Shown: positions 36,911 to 45,657 of the stretch, one piece after another | How the letters are laid out: each line of letters starts with the position of its first letter | Numbering within the stretch: the stretch's first letter is position 1 | NCBI GenBank assembly: GCA_964555335.1 | Contig: CAZKSG010000001.1 | Location: 7,336 to 71,335, forward strand | DNA from: an uncultured Anaerolinea sp. | Lineage (GTDB): Bacteria; Chloroflexota; Anaerolineae; Anaerolineales; Villigracilaceae | Reading direction: 5' to 3' | DNA: 64,000 nucleotides | Translations under genes and position numbers: made by a program | The notes under the pieces: generated by a model | Databases searched by the model: none | Told to the model about the DNA's origin: nothing | The model's input: only the letters and a program-made list of their open reading frames with translations

Positions 36911-38047
36911 ATGGAACTAAAGCTCTATTTCAAAATGTTAAGGACAGGCTGGTGGCTGATTTTGCTGACAGGCATGATTGCCCTTGCTGTTTCTTTGATC
37001 ATGTCATATACAGCTGTGCCCCTTTATATGGCCTCCGCGCGTTTCATCATCAGTCCGTCGCCATCCTTGACCAGCGGCGGGGATGTAGTGCGCAGCCTCG
37101 ATACGCTGGATCGTCGTTCCGTAGTGGCAACGTACGCAGAGATTATGAACAGTAACCGGGTTATTTCCGGGGCATCCGAATCCATAAATCTTGACCCTCT
37201 TGCCTTGACCAAGAATTATGAGATTCAGGCCGTGGTCCTGCCGGATTCAAGCGTCTTGGAATTGAATATCTCTGGACCGAATCCTCAAGTTGCTGCCGAT
37301 CTTGCAAATGCAGTTGGATATCAAACGATAAACTATACTCGTAACCTGAATTTGGTATACGACCTTAATTTTCTTGATACCGCGCTGCCCAATACAGTTC
37401 CATTCAGTCCCGAACCGCTGCGTGATGGCGCGGTAGCACTGGTAGTGGGAATGGCTGTAGGCGCTGTATTATCCATTTTGAGCGAACAAATCCGCATCCC
37501 GATTGAAGCGTATCGTCAACGTTTGCGCATTGATAGCGCAACAGGAATCTACAATGCCAGTTACTTTTCCCGTTTGTTGACAGAGGAGCTGGGACGAAAT
37601 CCCGACGATGCTTTGTCTATGGCCATCGTGGAATTAAGTGGACTTTCTGATTATCTGGAAACGCTCCCTCCTGCCGGGTTGCAATCCCTGCTCGTAAAAG
37701 TCACCCAAATTTTGCGCAGAGAATTGCGCGGTAACGATAGTATTGCGCGTTGGAACGATGTTAGCTTTGCAGTAATGTTGCCTGCCACCGATGGACCCGC
37801 ATCCAGCAGGACCTTTAACCGAATTTATCATGCTCTTCTCCGGGCAATTGATCTTTCTGCCTATGGTGTAAGTGTGAACTTAGATCCCCATATTGGAGGC
37901 GCAATTTATAGTAATAATCTTACTGCGCAGGAATTATTGGAGAGGGCACAGGTTTCCCTTGAACAGGCCCGGCGGGATAGCACAAGGCCCACCTATGTTT
38001 GGGAAATGAAGAGTCCATTTTGGGTCCAACCCGAAAAGGGAGAATAG
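36911..38047 (+). CDS. Wzz-type polysaccharide co-polymerase fused to a degenerate GGDEF domain (I-site retained)
   Basis: Two TM segments flank an extracytoplasmic Wzz-like region (Y...R.WW.I......A...S........Y.A...). The cytoplasmic tail DSATGIYNASYF...RGND-SIA-R-W-NDVSF aligns with D.LTGL.NR...RxxD-xxx-R-x-GGDEF. Confidence 0.7.
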   Translation: MELKLYFKMLRTGWWLILLTGMIALAVSLIMSYTAVPLYMASARFIISPSPSLTSGGDVVRSLDTLDRRSVVATYAEIMNSNRVISGASESINLDPLALTKNYEIQAVVLPDSSVLELNISGPNPQVAADLANAVGYQTINYTRNLNLVYDLNFLDTALPNTVPFSPEPLRDGAVALVVGMAVGAVLSILSEQIRIPIEAYRQRLRIDSATGIYNASYFSRLLTEELGRNPDDALSMAIVELSGLSDYLETLPPAGLQSLLVKVTQILRRELRGNDSIARWNDVSFAVMLPATDGPASSRTFNRIYHALLRAIDLSAYGVSVNLDPHIGGAIYSNNLTAQELLERAQVSLEQARRDSTRPTYVWEMKSPFWVQPEKGE

Positions 38048-38060
38048 ATCCAGCATCATT

Positions 38061-39560
38061 ATGAAACTGGCTCCTTTTATCTCATCTCCAATATATCGGT
38101 TTTTTCTATCAAGAGACAACGCGTTATCGGGCATATTTCTTGCGGCCGCGATTATCTTGGGATGTGTTGTCGCGGTAATAGGCAAACAAGTTGGGTGGGT
38201 GGGCTTGGCTGCTGCTCCCGCCCTTTTGTTTGTGATGATGGTATTGATCCAGCCTGAAATTGGTTTGGTGGCATTTGTCTTTATTGTCGTTATCCAATTA
38301 ACTCCGGTAATCAATAATAACTATCCTGGGATACCCTCGCCTGCGTTTCTTTTGCTGGGATTATTGGTGTTTATGATCCTTTGGCGAATGGTTGTATACG
38401 GTGATCGTTCCATGGGATGGAAACGTGCCAGTGTCATATTTGTGATCATTGTTTTTTGGCTTTTGTCTGTTCTTGTTGCAGAAGATTTTGGGCTCGCTTT
38501 TGATAAATTTCGCAAGTTTGCCGAAAATGCTCTCCTTGTATTTGTAGTCCTGTTCTTTGTCCAAAGACCAATGTCCCTTCGCAACGTAATCTGGACTTTG
38601 TTGGCGGCGGGAATTTTCATGGCTACCATTAGCATTATTCAGAATTTGACATCCACCTATGACAATAATTATTGGGGATTTGGTACCTGGGAGAGTTCAT
38701 CCGTTGACGGAGTAAGCAATCATAGGCTGGCGGGACCGTTCGGAAATCCCAACGCATATGCCCAGGTGCTGGTGATGTTGGTGCCTCTGGCATTGGATCG
38801 CCTTTGGCATGAAAAGGACCCTCGGTTTCGCTTGTTAGCAGTGTGGGCCTTTGGGGCTTGTATACTGGCCGTGTTCCTGACCTATTCGAGGAATGGGTTT
38901 GTTACATTGTTATTCACTCTTGGATTTTTGTTCGTTATGCGTCGCCCAGGTGTGTTGCCGTTAATGCTTTCAATGATCCTGATGCTTGTACTGTTTCAGG
39001 TTTTACCCGCCTCGTATACTGATCGTATTACCACCCTTTTTCAATTTTCATCTTCCAATTCATTACAACAGGTTTCCGACGAGTCATTTCGTGGGCGTTT
39101 GAGCGAGAACATAGCTGCCTGGAGGATGTTCCAGGATCATCCCTTGTTGGGGGTGGGGTTGGATAACTTCCAAGTTAATTACCAGAATTATTCGCGCCAA
39201 ATTGGGCTTGACCCGCGGAGGGTTGAACGTACTCCGGCAAGTTTTTATCTTGAATTGCTTGCAGAGCAGGGATTGATAGGTACCACGATTTTCATTTCGT
39301 TTTTAGTGATGGTCTTTTGGACTCTATGGAAATCCCGGCTTCGGTTTCAATCGATAGGTATGGTGGATGAAGCGTATATGGCATTAGCCTTTATGTCGGG
39401 ATTGGCCGGATATATGGTGTTTTATGTTTCGAAAAACAGTTCTTATTCCAATGTCTTTTGGCTGTTACTTGGAATCGCCCTTTCAATAGGACAAATTGCT
39501 GAAAGCAGTGTTGGCTCATTCATGCAGAGATTGAACCGTCCCTTTAAGGAGAAGCAATGA
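38061..39560 (+). CDS. O-antigen ligase/polymerase family (Wzy-like) membrane protein
   Basis: At least 10 TM segments with a large loop and a YSRNG-containing segment typical of the Wzy_C/O-antigen ligase domain. Confidence 0.75.
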   Translation: MKLAPFISSPIYRFFLSRDNALSGIFLAAAIILGCVVAVIGKQVGWVGLAAAPALLFVMMVLIQPEIGLVAFVFIVVIQLTPVINNNYPGIPSPAFLLLGLLVFMILWRMVVYGDRSMGWKRASVIFVIIVFWLLSVLVAEDFGLAFDKFRKFAENALLVFVVLFFVQRPMSLRNVIWTLLAAGIFMATISIIQNLTSTYDNNYWGFGTWESSSVDGVSNHRLAGPFGNPNAYAQVLVMLVPLALDRLWHEKDPRFRLLAVWAFGACILAVFLTYSRNGFVTLLFTLGFLFVMRRPGVLPLMLSMILMLVLFQVLPASYTDRITTLFQFSSSNSLQQVSDESFRGRLSENIAAWRMFQDHPLLGVGLDNFQVNYQNYSRQIGLDPRRVERTPASFYLELLAEQGLIGTTIFISFLVMVFWTLWKSRLRFQSIGMVDEAYMALAFMSGLAGYMVFYVSKNSSYSNVFWLLLGIALSIGQIAESSVGSFMQRLNRPFKEKQ

Positions 39561-41041
39561 ACTCTGCAGATGAACGACCGGAATTTGGCGTTGTCGCGAT
39601 CCGGGGCACGGCATGGAGATATGCATCTTATTTTGGCGGCAAATTCCTGGTGTTTCTCAGCACAATTGTTTTAGCTCGTTTGCTGACAAAAGATGATTTT
39701 GGGTTGGTTGGATATGCACTAACCACGATTGCGTTTTTAGACGTTGCCAGCGATCTGGGGGTTGCTGAAGCGGTGGTGTATCACAAAGAGGATAAAGTTA
39801 TTTATTCAACAGCCTTTTGGATAAGTCTGGCTATCGGTATTGTTTTGTTCGGCTTGTCCTGGGTGTTGTCCCCATTGTTGGCTGTTTACTTTCGTGACGA
39901 GCGTGTTGTTGAGATCAACCGTTTGATGGCACTTACCTTCCCTTTTACTGCATTGGGGAGTACGCACGAGGCGATTCTTCGCAAGAATTTATCCTTCGAT
40001 CGTGCTGCCGTTCCTGTATTTTTACGTGCGGTAACAAAAGGGGTGGTGTCGGTTGTTTTGGCGTTTATGGGATTTGGGGCCTGGAGCTTGGTATGGGGAC
40101 AGGTGAGCGGTCCGCTCATTTCTTCCATTGTATTATGGGTGATCACGCCGTGGAAGCCTACCATTGATTTCGATCTGAGCAGGGCGTCATCGCTTCTGCG
40201 GTATGGCATGAAAAACATTGGCTCTGACTTTTTATCCATGATCCTGCTCAACCTGGACTATTGGTTGGTTGGGCGCTATCTTGGCGCCGTGGCATTGGGA
40301 GTTTATACCCTTTCGTATCGTATGCCGGAATTGTTGATCCTGCAGTTTGCGCGGATCGTAAGCCAGGTTGTTTTTCCCATCTATACCAAGATGCGCAACA
40401 TCCCTGATGGACTTGCGAACGGCTTTCGCAAGGCAACGGCTTATGTTTCATTGGTTACAGTTCCATTGGGTTTGGGGTTGGCTCTCCTCGCCCGACCGTT
40501 TACCATCGTCTTTTTGACCGAAAAGTGGATCGATGCCGTCCCCGTCATTCAGGCGATTGCCCTTTATTCTTTGTTCCTTTCATTAATGCATAACACCAGT
40601 AGCGTGTATAAAGCGCAGGGGAATTTTAAAGTGATGATGTCAATCAGCATCGTTCGTTTGATGATTTTGTTCCCTGCTTTATGGTGGGCAACAACAGTTG
40701 CAGATTCGATCATTGCAGTAGGGTGGATGCATGTATGTGTTGCACTCATTTCATTGATCATCAGTTTGACAGTTGCGTCCCGTATATTGCGATCATCGAT
40801 TTCTGGCTTGTTTGTTTCGCTTTGGCCTTCGATCCTGGCTGGGGGTGTCATGGCGGCCTTTGTAGTTATCGTATTAAGACTGTCTGTTGACTTGCCTTCC
40901 ATCGTTCAACTGCTTCTGGCTGTTCCTGTAGGTGCATTGGCGTACGGTGCCATGTTGTGGCTGGTGTCGCGCGAGGTTGTGTTGGAAGCGGTTCGAAAAT
41001 TGCAATCTGCAATTTCCCGGCAAAAAGCAGAGACTGTGTAG
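39557..41041 (+). CDS. Wzx-type polysaccharide flippase (MOP superfamily)
   Basis: About 14 TM segments and the N-terminal pattern G..W.......K...F......LARLL.P.DFG typical of polysaccharide biosynthesis proteins. It overlaps the upstream gene by 4 nt. Confidence 0.8.
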   Translation: MNSADERPEFGVVAIRGTAWRYASYFGGKFLVFLSTIVLARLLTKDDFGLVGYALTTIAFLDVASDLGVAEAVVYHKEDKVIYSTAFWISLAIGIVLFGLSWVLSPLLAVYFRDERVVEINRLMALTFPFTALGSTHEAILRKNLSFDRAAVPVFLRAVTKGVVSVVLAFMGFGAWSLVWGQVSGPLISSIVLWVITPWKPTIDFDLSRASSLLRYGMKNIGSDFLSMILLNLDYWLVGRYLGAVALGVYTLSYRMPELLILQFARIVSQVVFPIYTKMRNIPDGLANGFRKATAYVSLVTVPLGLGLALLARPFTIVFLTEKWIDAVPVIQAIALYSLFLSLMHNTSSVYKAQGNFKVMMSISIVRLMILFPALWWATTVADSIIAVGWMHVCVALISLIISLTVASRILRSSISGLFVSLWPSILAGGVMAAFVVIVLRLSVDLPSIVQLLLAVPVGALAYGAMLWLVSREVVLEAVRKLQSAISRQKAETV

Positions 41042-41048
41042 TGCTTCC

Positions 41049-42212
41049 ATGATGAATGGCGTGGTGATGATCATCAATGATTTCGCTCCTGTTTCGGGGG
41101 GAACAGAAAAACAGGCGGAACGTCTGGCTGGCTACCTTGCCGCTCATGACCGACAGGTCTGGGTTATCACACGGTGGCGACCGGGGCTGATGCACGAAGA
41201 AGAAATGAACGGTTTCCATGTCCTGAGGGCGGGTCGTGGTCCGGGAAAATTTAAGACAGTGACATTTGTGTTGGGTTGCTTGTGGCACTTATGGCGCCTT
41301 CGGGACTCCTATGAGATCATCCACGCTCATTTGCTTTTTGGCCCGGCATTTTCTGCAGCGCTTGCCGGACGTATTCTTGGAAAGCGTGTTATTGCCAAGC
41401 TTGGGGCCAGTGGCATGTATGGAGAGATCCATATTGCTCAACGCTCGTCACGTGGGCGGCTGACGCTTGCGCTGGTTCGACGTTGGCTGAATGCATTGGT
41501 TGTGTTGGATGACGATATGAAGCAGGAGGCGATGTCGGCCGGTTTCTCTGCAGATCGTGTGATCCAAATGGATAATGGCATCGATGCGATGTCTTTTAAT
41601 TCAACCCGATCCCGTGAAGATGAAAAAACTGCATTGGGGATGACGGATAAGACTGTTGTTCTCTTTGTGGGACGCCTGGTTCAGCAAAAGTCGCTTCCAA
41701 CCCTTTTGCAGGCGATAAAGCTGGCGGTGCAATTCTCGCCGAAACTTCATCTCATGCTGGTAGGAAGCGGGGCAGAACGAGAATCTCTTGAAGCGTTGAC
41801 GCGTTCGCTGGGTATTCAAGAGTTCGTTACTTTTGCAGGCAATCAGGCGGATGTAAGGCCCTTTTTAAGGGCAGCAGACATATTTGTCCTTCCTTCTGAA
41901 AAGGAAGGCATGTCTAATGCGTTGCTTGAAGGAATGGCATCTGGACTCGCCTGTCTCTCTACGCCTGTAGGTGCCAGCCCAAAACTGCTGGATCACGGTG
42001 CGAGTGGGTTGCTCTTGCCGGTGGGCGATATTTCTGCATGGAGTAATGCCCTTGTTGACTTGGGGAACAGTCCGAATCGCCGCGCTGAGCTGGGACAGGC
42101 GGCTCGTCAACAAGTGATGAAAGTGTATGATTTTTCAGTTGTCGGTGCCCGTTATCAAATGCTTTATGAAAGTTTGACCAGACATACCGTAAGCCAGACG
42201 GAGACTGCCTGA
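41049..42212 (+). CDS. Glycosyltransferase family 4 (GT-B)
   Basis: GG.E and the C-terminal PS..EG.SNALLEGMASGL (E-x7-E region). The start was trimmed to the ATG at 41049. Confidence 0.85.
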   Translation: MMNGVVMIINDFAPVSGGTEKQAERLAGYLAAHDRQVWVITRWRPGLMHEEEMNGFHVLRAGRGPGKFKTVTFVLGCLWHLWRLRDSYEIIHAHLLFGPAFSAALAGRILGKRVIAKLGASGMYGEIHIAQRSSRGRLTLALVRRWLNALVVLDDDMKQEAMSAGFSADRVIQMDNGIDAMSFNSTRSREDEKTALGMTDKTVVLFVGRLVQQKSLPTLLQAIKLAVQFSPKLHLMLVGSGAERESLEALTRSLGIQEFVTFAGNQADVRPFLRAADIFVLPSEKEGMSNALLEGMASGLACLSTPVGASPKLLDHGASGLLLPVGDISAWSNALVDLGNSPNRRAELGQAARQQVMKVYDFSVVGARYQMLYESLTRHTVSQTETA

Positions 42213-42214
42213 TA

Positions 42215-43369
42215 ATGACCAGCGCTCGCGTTCTTCACCTTATTGACGGACTTAACGTTGGCGGGGCAGAAATGTTGCTGCGTGAATTATCGGTTGGCCT
42301 GGTTCGCCGCGGTTTTCAGGTCAACATCGGGTATAGCACTCCAGGTCCATTGGTTCAGGAGTTGAGTACGCTTGGACTGCCCCTCAGCCGCCTGCCACGG
42401 TTGATGCGAATTGATCCAATCCTTTTTGGTGGAATGGTCCAACTCATTCGAAAGATTTCGCCTCAGGTGGTGCACACGCATCTTTTCAAGAGCGATTTTC
42501 ACGGACGCCTGGCAGCTCGTGTAGCAGGTGTGCCGGTTGTCGTTTCAACTCTCCATAGCATGGATCGTTGGGCGAAAGCACGTCCGCTTGGAAGAATGTA
42601 CGGGTGGACCGCCCGTTTTGCAGATCGCTTGATTGCTGTTTCAGAAGATGTTCAGAATTTTCATGTTACTTATACTGGCGTGCCAAAAGATAAATTTGTG
42701 ACCATCGAAAATGGTGTAGATCTTCAACGATTTGTGGGACAGGAAACGGCAGGTCATGCTGTCCGCAGGGAATTTGGATTGGATGCTTCGTCGCTGGTCT
42801 TTGGGATTGTGGGACGACTCACTCCTCCGAAAGGTCATGACACTTTCATAAAAGCAGCCGCATTGATTCGACAAAAAACGCCGCAAGCCCGTTTCCTGGT
42901 GATTGGCGATGGACCCTTACGTGAGGGATTGGAAGCGCAAGCGCGCGAACTGGGGCTTGGCTCGGCAATAATATTCACCGGGTTACGCAAAGATATTCCG
43001 GCCATGCTTGCAGCGTTGGATGTGCTGGTCTTTTCGTCATTATGGGAGGGATTACCCGTGGCGCTTCTGGAAGGGATGGCAGCTGCCAGGCCCGTCGTGG
43101 CTACCACAGTTGGTGGAATCCCTGATGTGGTGTTGCCAGATAAGACCGCCCTTCTTGTCCCTCCTTCCGATGCCGATGCATTGGCTTTGGCCTGTCTGAA
43201 GGCGGCCTCTGACACTGAGATGCGGCTTTCAATGGGGCGGTTGGGATTGGAACGTGTACGCGCACAGTACAGCATGGATAAAATGATTGACCGAACGTCC
43301 GATCTGTACGCAAAGTTATTGAGCGAACATGGGTTGGGACATTTGATCCCATCACAAGTGACAAGTTGA
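42215..43369 (+). CDS. Glycosyltransferase family 4 (GT-B)
   Basis: GGAE and the S.WEGLPVALLEGMAA..PVVAT motif. Confidence 0.85.
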   Translation: MTSARVLHLIDGLNVGGAEMLLRELSVGLVRRGFQVNIGYSTPGPLVQELSTLGLPLSRLPRLMRIDPILFGGMVQLIRKISPQVVHTHLFKSDFHGRLAARVAGVPVVVSTLHSMDRWAKARPLGRMYGWTARFADRLIAVSEDVQNFHVTYTGVPKDKFVTIENGVDLQRFVGQETAGHAVRREFGLDASSLVFGIVGRLTPPKGHDTFIKAAALIRQKTPQARFLVIGDGPLREGLEAQARELGLGSAIIFTGLRKDIPAMLAALDVLVFSSLWEGLPVALLEGMAAARPVVATTVGGIPDVVLPDKTALLVPPSDADALALACLKAASDTEMRLSMGRLGLERVRAQYSMDKMIDRTSDLYAKLLSEHGLGHLIPSQVTS

Positions 43370-43373
43370 TGAT

Positions 43374-44534
43374 ATGGATCGACCGATACGTTTACTATTG
43401 GTAACAAAGTCCACCGGTGGTGTGGCAGAGTACATCCGTTGGCTGGTGAATGGGCTTCACCGGGAAAGGTTCTGTCCCACTGTTGTCTGTTTATCGGAGA
43501 ATGGACCTGAGTTTGCAGAAGAACTCAAGCAAGCATATGGGATCAAGACAGTCAGCTATGCCATGAACCGTTATAAAGTGGATGTGGTTTCAGATACCCG
43601 CGTGGGATTTCAGTTGGCGAAACTGATGCGTTCTCATGACTTTGACCTGGTGCATGCACATGCATCTAAACCGGGGTTTCTTGTGCGTATCGCCGCGTTG
43701 GGCACAGGCTTGCCTGTTTTATATTCACCTCATTGCTTTGCATTTCATGCAGGTGCCGGGCGAACGACGATATGGATTACTTCACTCCTTGAACGGCTGG
43801 CTGCATTTTTTACAACGGGTTTCATGACCGTATCTGAAGGAGAAAGGGAATTGGCACGCGATTATCACGTGGGAAGGCATGAACAATTCACCGTGATTCA
43901 CACAGGTATCGATCCCCTGCCGTATCGTCAGCCTGTGGATACCGCTCAGTTGAAGATTTCCCTGGGCATACCCGTTTCGGCGCCGGTGATTGGTTCAGTG
44001 GGCAGGCTTAGTGAGCAAAAGTCCCCTCAGGATTTTGTTCGAGTGGCAGAGGCGGTTCATCGGTCCAGGCCGGACGCGCATTTTGTCTGGGTGGGGAACG
44101 GTCCTCTCGAACCGGAAGTCCGCACGTTAAGCACATCACTCCAGTTGGATTCTGTCATCCATTGGTTGGGGCAGCGTTCCGATGTTTCCCAACTGCTTCA
44201 TATCTTTGATTGTTTTGTCCTGATGTCTCGTTGGGAAGGATTCCCGCTTGTTGTTTTGGAGGCAATGGCGGCGAATGTCCCCGTTGTGGCAACCGATATC
44301 CCCGGCACCCGTGACGCGATTCAACACGGAGTTAACGGATGGCTTGCCGCCCCTGGGGATACTGATTCTTTCACCCGCTTTCTTCTTGACCTTTTGACAG
44401 ATCCGGCAAAAGCAGATTCGTTTCGCTCTGTCAGTCGCGCACGTATAGATAATGAATTTACGCGGGAGCACATGATCGTTTCGATAGAGAAATTGTATGA
44501 ACGGGTAGTCTCCGAGGATGCTTCACGGAAATGA
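43374..44534 (+). CDS. Glycosyltransferase family 4 (GT-B)
   Basis: GG and the MSRWEGFPLVVLEAMAANVPVVATD motif. Confidence 0.85.
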   Translation: MDRPIRLLLVTKSTGGVAEYIRWLVNGLHRERFCPTVVCLSENGPEFAEELKQAYGIKTVSYAMNRYKVDVVSDTRVGFQLAKLMRSHDFDLVHAHASKPGFLVRIAALGTGLPVLYSPHCFAFHAGAGRTTIWITSLLERLAAFFTTGFMTVSEGERELARDYHVGRHEQFTVIHTGIDPLPYRQPVDTAQLKISLGIPVSAPVIGSVGRLSEQKSPQDFVRVAEAVHRSRPDAHFVWVGNGPLEPEVRTLSTSLQLDSVIHWLGQRSDVSQLLHIFDCFVLMSRWEGFPLVVLEAMAANVPVVATDIPGTRDAIQHGVNGWLAAPGDTDSFTRFLLDLLTDPAKADSFRSVSRARIDNEFTREHMIVSIEKLYERVVSEDASRK

Positions 44535-45616
44535 GCAATACGACCAACCAGATGGTGATCACCGAGCTTGCCCATGCCATCTCTCCTCGCATCGAGGAGT
44601 GGTATGGCGATGGTGCAGTATTGGATGTGGATGCTTTTGCGTTGCGTACCTATCCATATTCTTTCTTCGTCGAATTTCCCGTCAAGACATCTTCCGGAAC
44701 GCAGATGCTCCTTGCCAAGATTCATCGTAAGCCCATGGTGCAAACATTGGCAGATGCGTTGGCTGTAGAGAAATTGCATCAGCTTGCGCGCAATGAGTAT
44801 GATGTTTCGCAAAAGATCTGGCATGCATTCGAGGAAGAAGGTACTGGCGATTGCGAGGTCGTTCGTTATCTCGATTACTGCAAAGAGTGGAACGCTTTGC
44901 TCATGCGGCAGGTAAAAGGCAGGATGCTTAAGAAATATCTTTTGCATCCATCCATCGCCTTGCGAAGCGCGGCCTCCATGGAACGATTGCAGGCATTCCT
45001 GATATTGGCAGCACGGTGGTTGCAAATTTTCCATCGTCGCGTCTCGGGGTTACAGGTTATTCCCTTCCCGAAGGAAGATGTTTCTGTATTGATCGAAGAT
45101 GTTTTGGGAAAGTTGCATACCCATTCCGATGGGCAAGTGGATATAGATCCTTATCGCATTGCTCTGAACCGGGCTTTGGAAGACATTGGTCTGCTTTCTG
45201 TACCAGTTGGACTTCTTCATGCTGATTTTCAATTCTCAAATATACTTGTGACATCGGAAGGCAAAGTCTGTGTCTTGGATTATTCGCTTACTCATTATGG
45301 ATCTACATATTTTGATCTGGCAACACTATTGATCGATCCGGAGACCCGCAAGGCGCAAATTCTGACGAACGGAAGGTTTGTGTCATCTGATTACCTTCGA
45401 GCGTGTCAGCGGTCCATTCTTGACACTTATTTTGGCAACGAACCTTATCATCAGAACGTATTGCATTTCTATTGCGCGCTTGCCATCCTCAACAAATGGA
45501 GTGCAGATGAAAAGGAGTTCTCCAATAGTCGGCAAACAATACCAACACTTCTATTTTCTCGAGTTACCCGGCGTTATTATGTTGAATTATTGTTGCGTTA
45601 TCTTCCATTTCAATAA
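44531..45616 (+). CDS. Phosphotransferase (APH / choline kinase-like) family protein
   Basis: LLHADFQFSNILV (Brenner-like HxDxxxxN) and VLDYS (DxD/DFG equivalent). It overlaps the upstream gene by 4 nt. Confidence 0.65.
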   Translation: MSNTTNQMVITELAHAISPRIEEWYGDGAVLDVDAFALRTYPYSFFVEFPVKTSSGTQMLLAKIHRKPMVQTLADALAVEKLHQLARNEYDVSQKIWHAFEEEGTGDCEVVRYLDYCKEWNALLMRQVKGRMLKKYLLHPSIALRSAASMERLQAFLILAARWLQIFHRRVSGLQVIPFPKEDVSVLIEDVLGKLHTHSDGQVDIDPYRIALNRALEDIGLLSVPVGLLHADFQFSNILVTSEGKVCVLDYSLTHYGSTYFDLATLLIDPETRKAQILTNGRFVSSDYLRACQRSILDTYFGNEPYHQNVLHFYCALAILNKWSADEKEFSNSRQTIPTLLFSRVTRRYYVELLLRYLPFQ

Positions 45617-45657
45617 TCATCGATATCTTGCCATAAAGTTCCATAGCGGAGTGTAAA

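Noticed and set aside
44321-45034. A 237-aa minus-strand ORF, with a comparable one at 52984-53583.
   Set aside because: These are antisense to the GT4/kinase genes and the binding-protein gene respectively. They have no motifs and overlap strongly supported CDSs.
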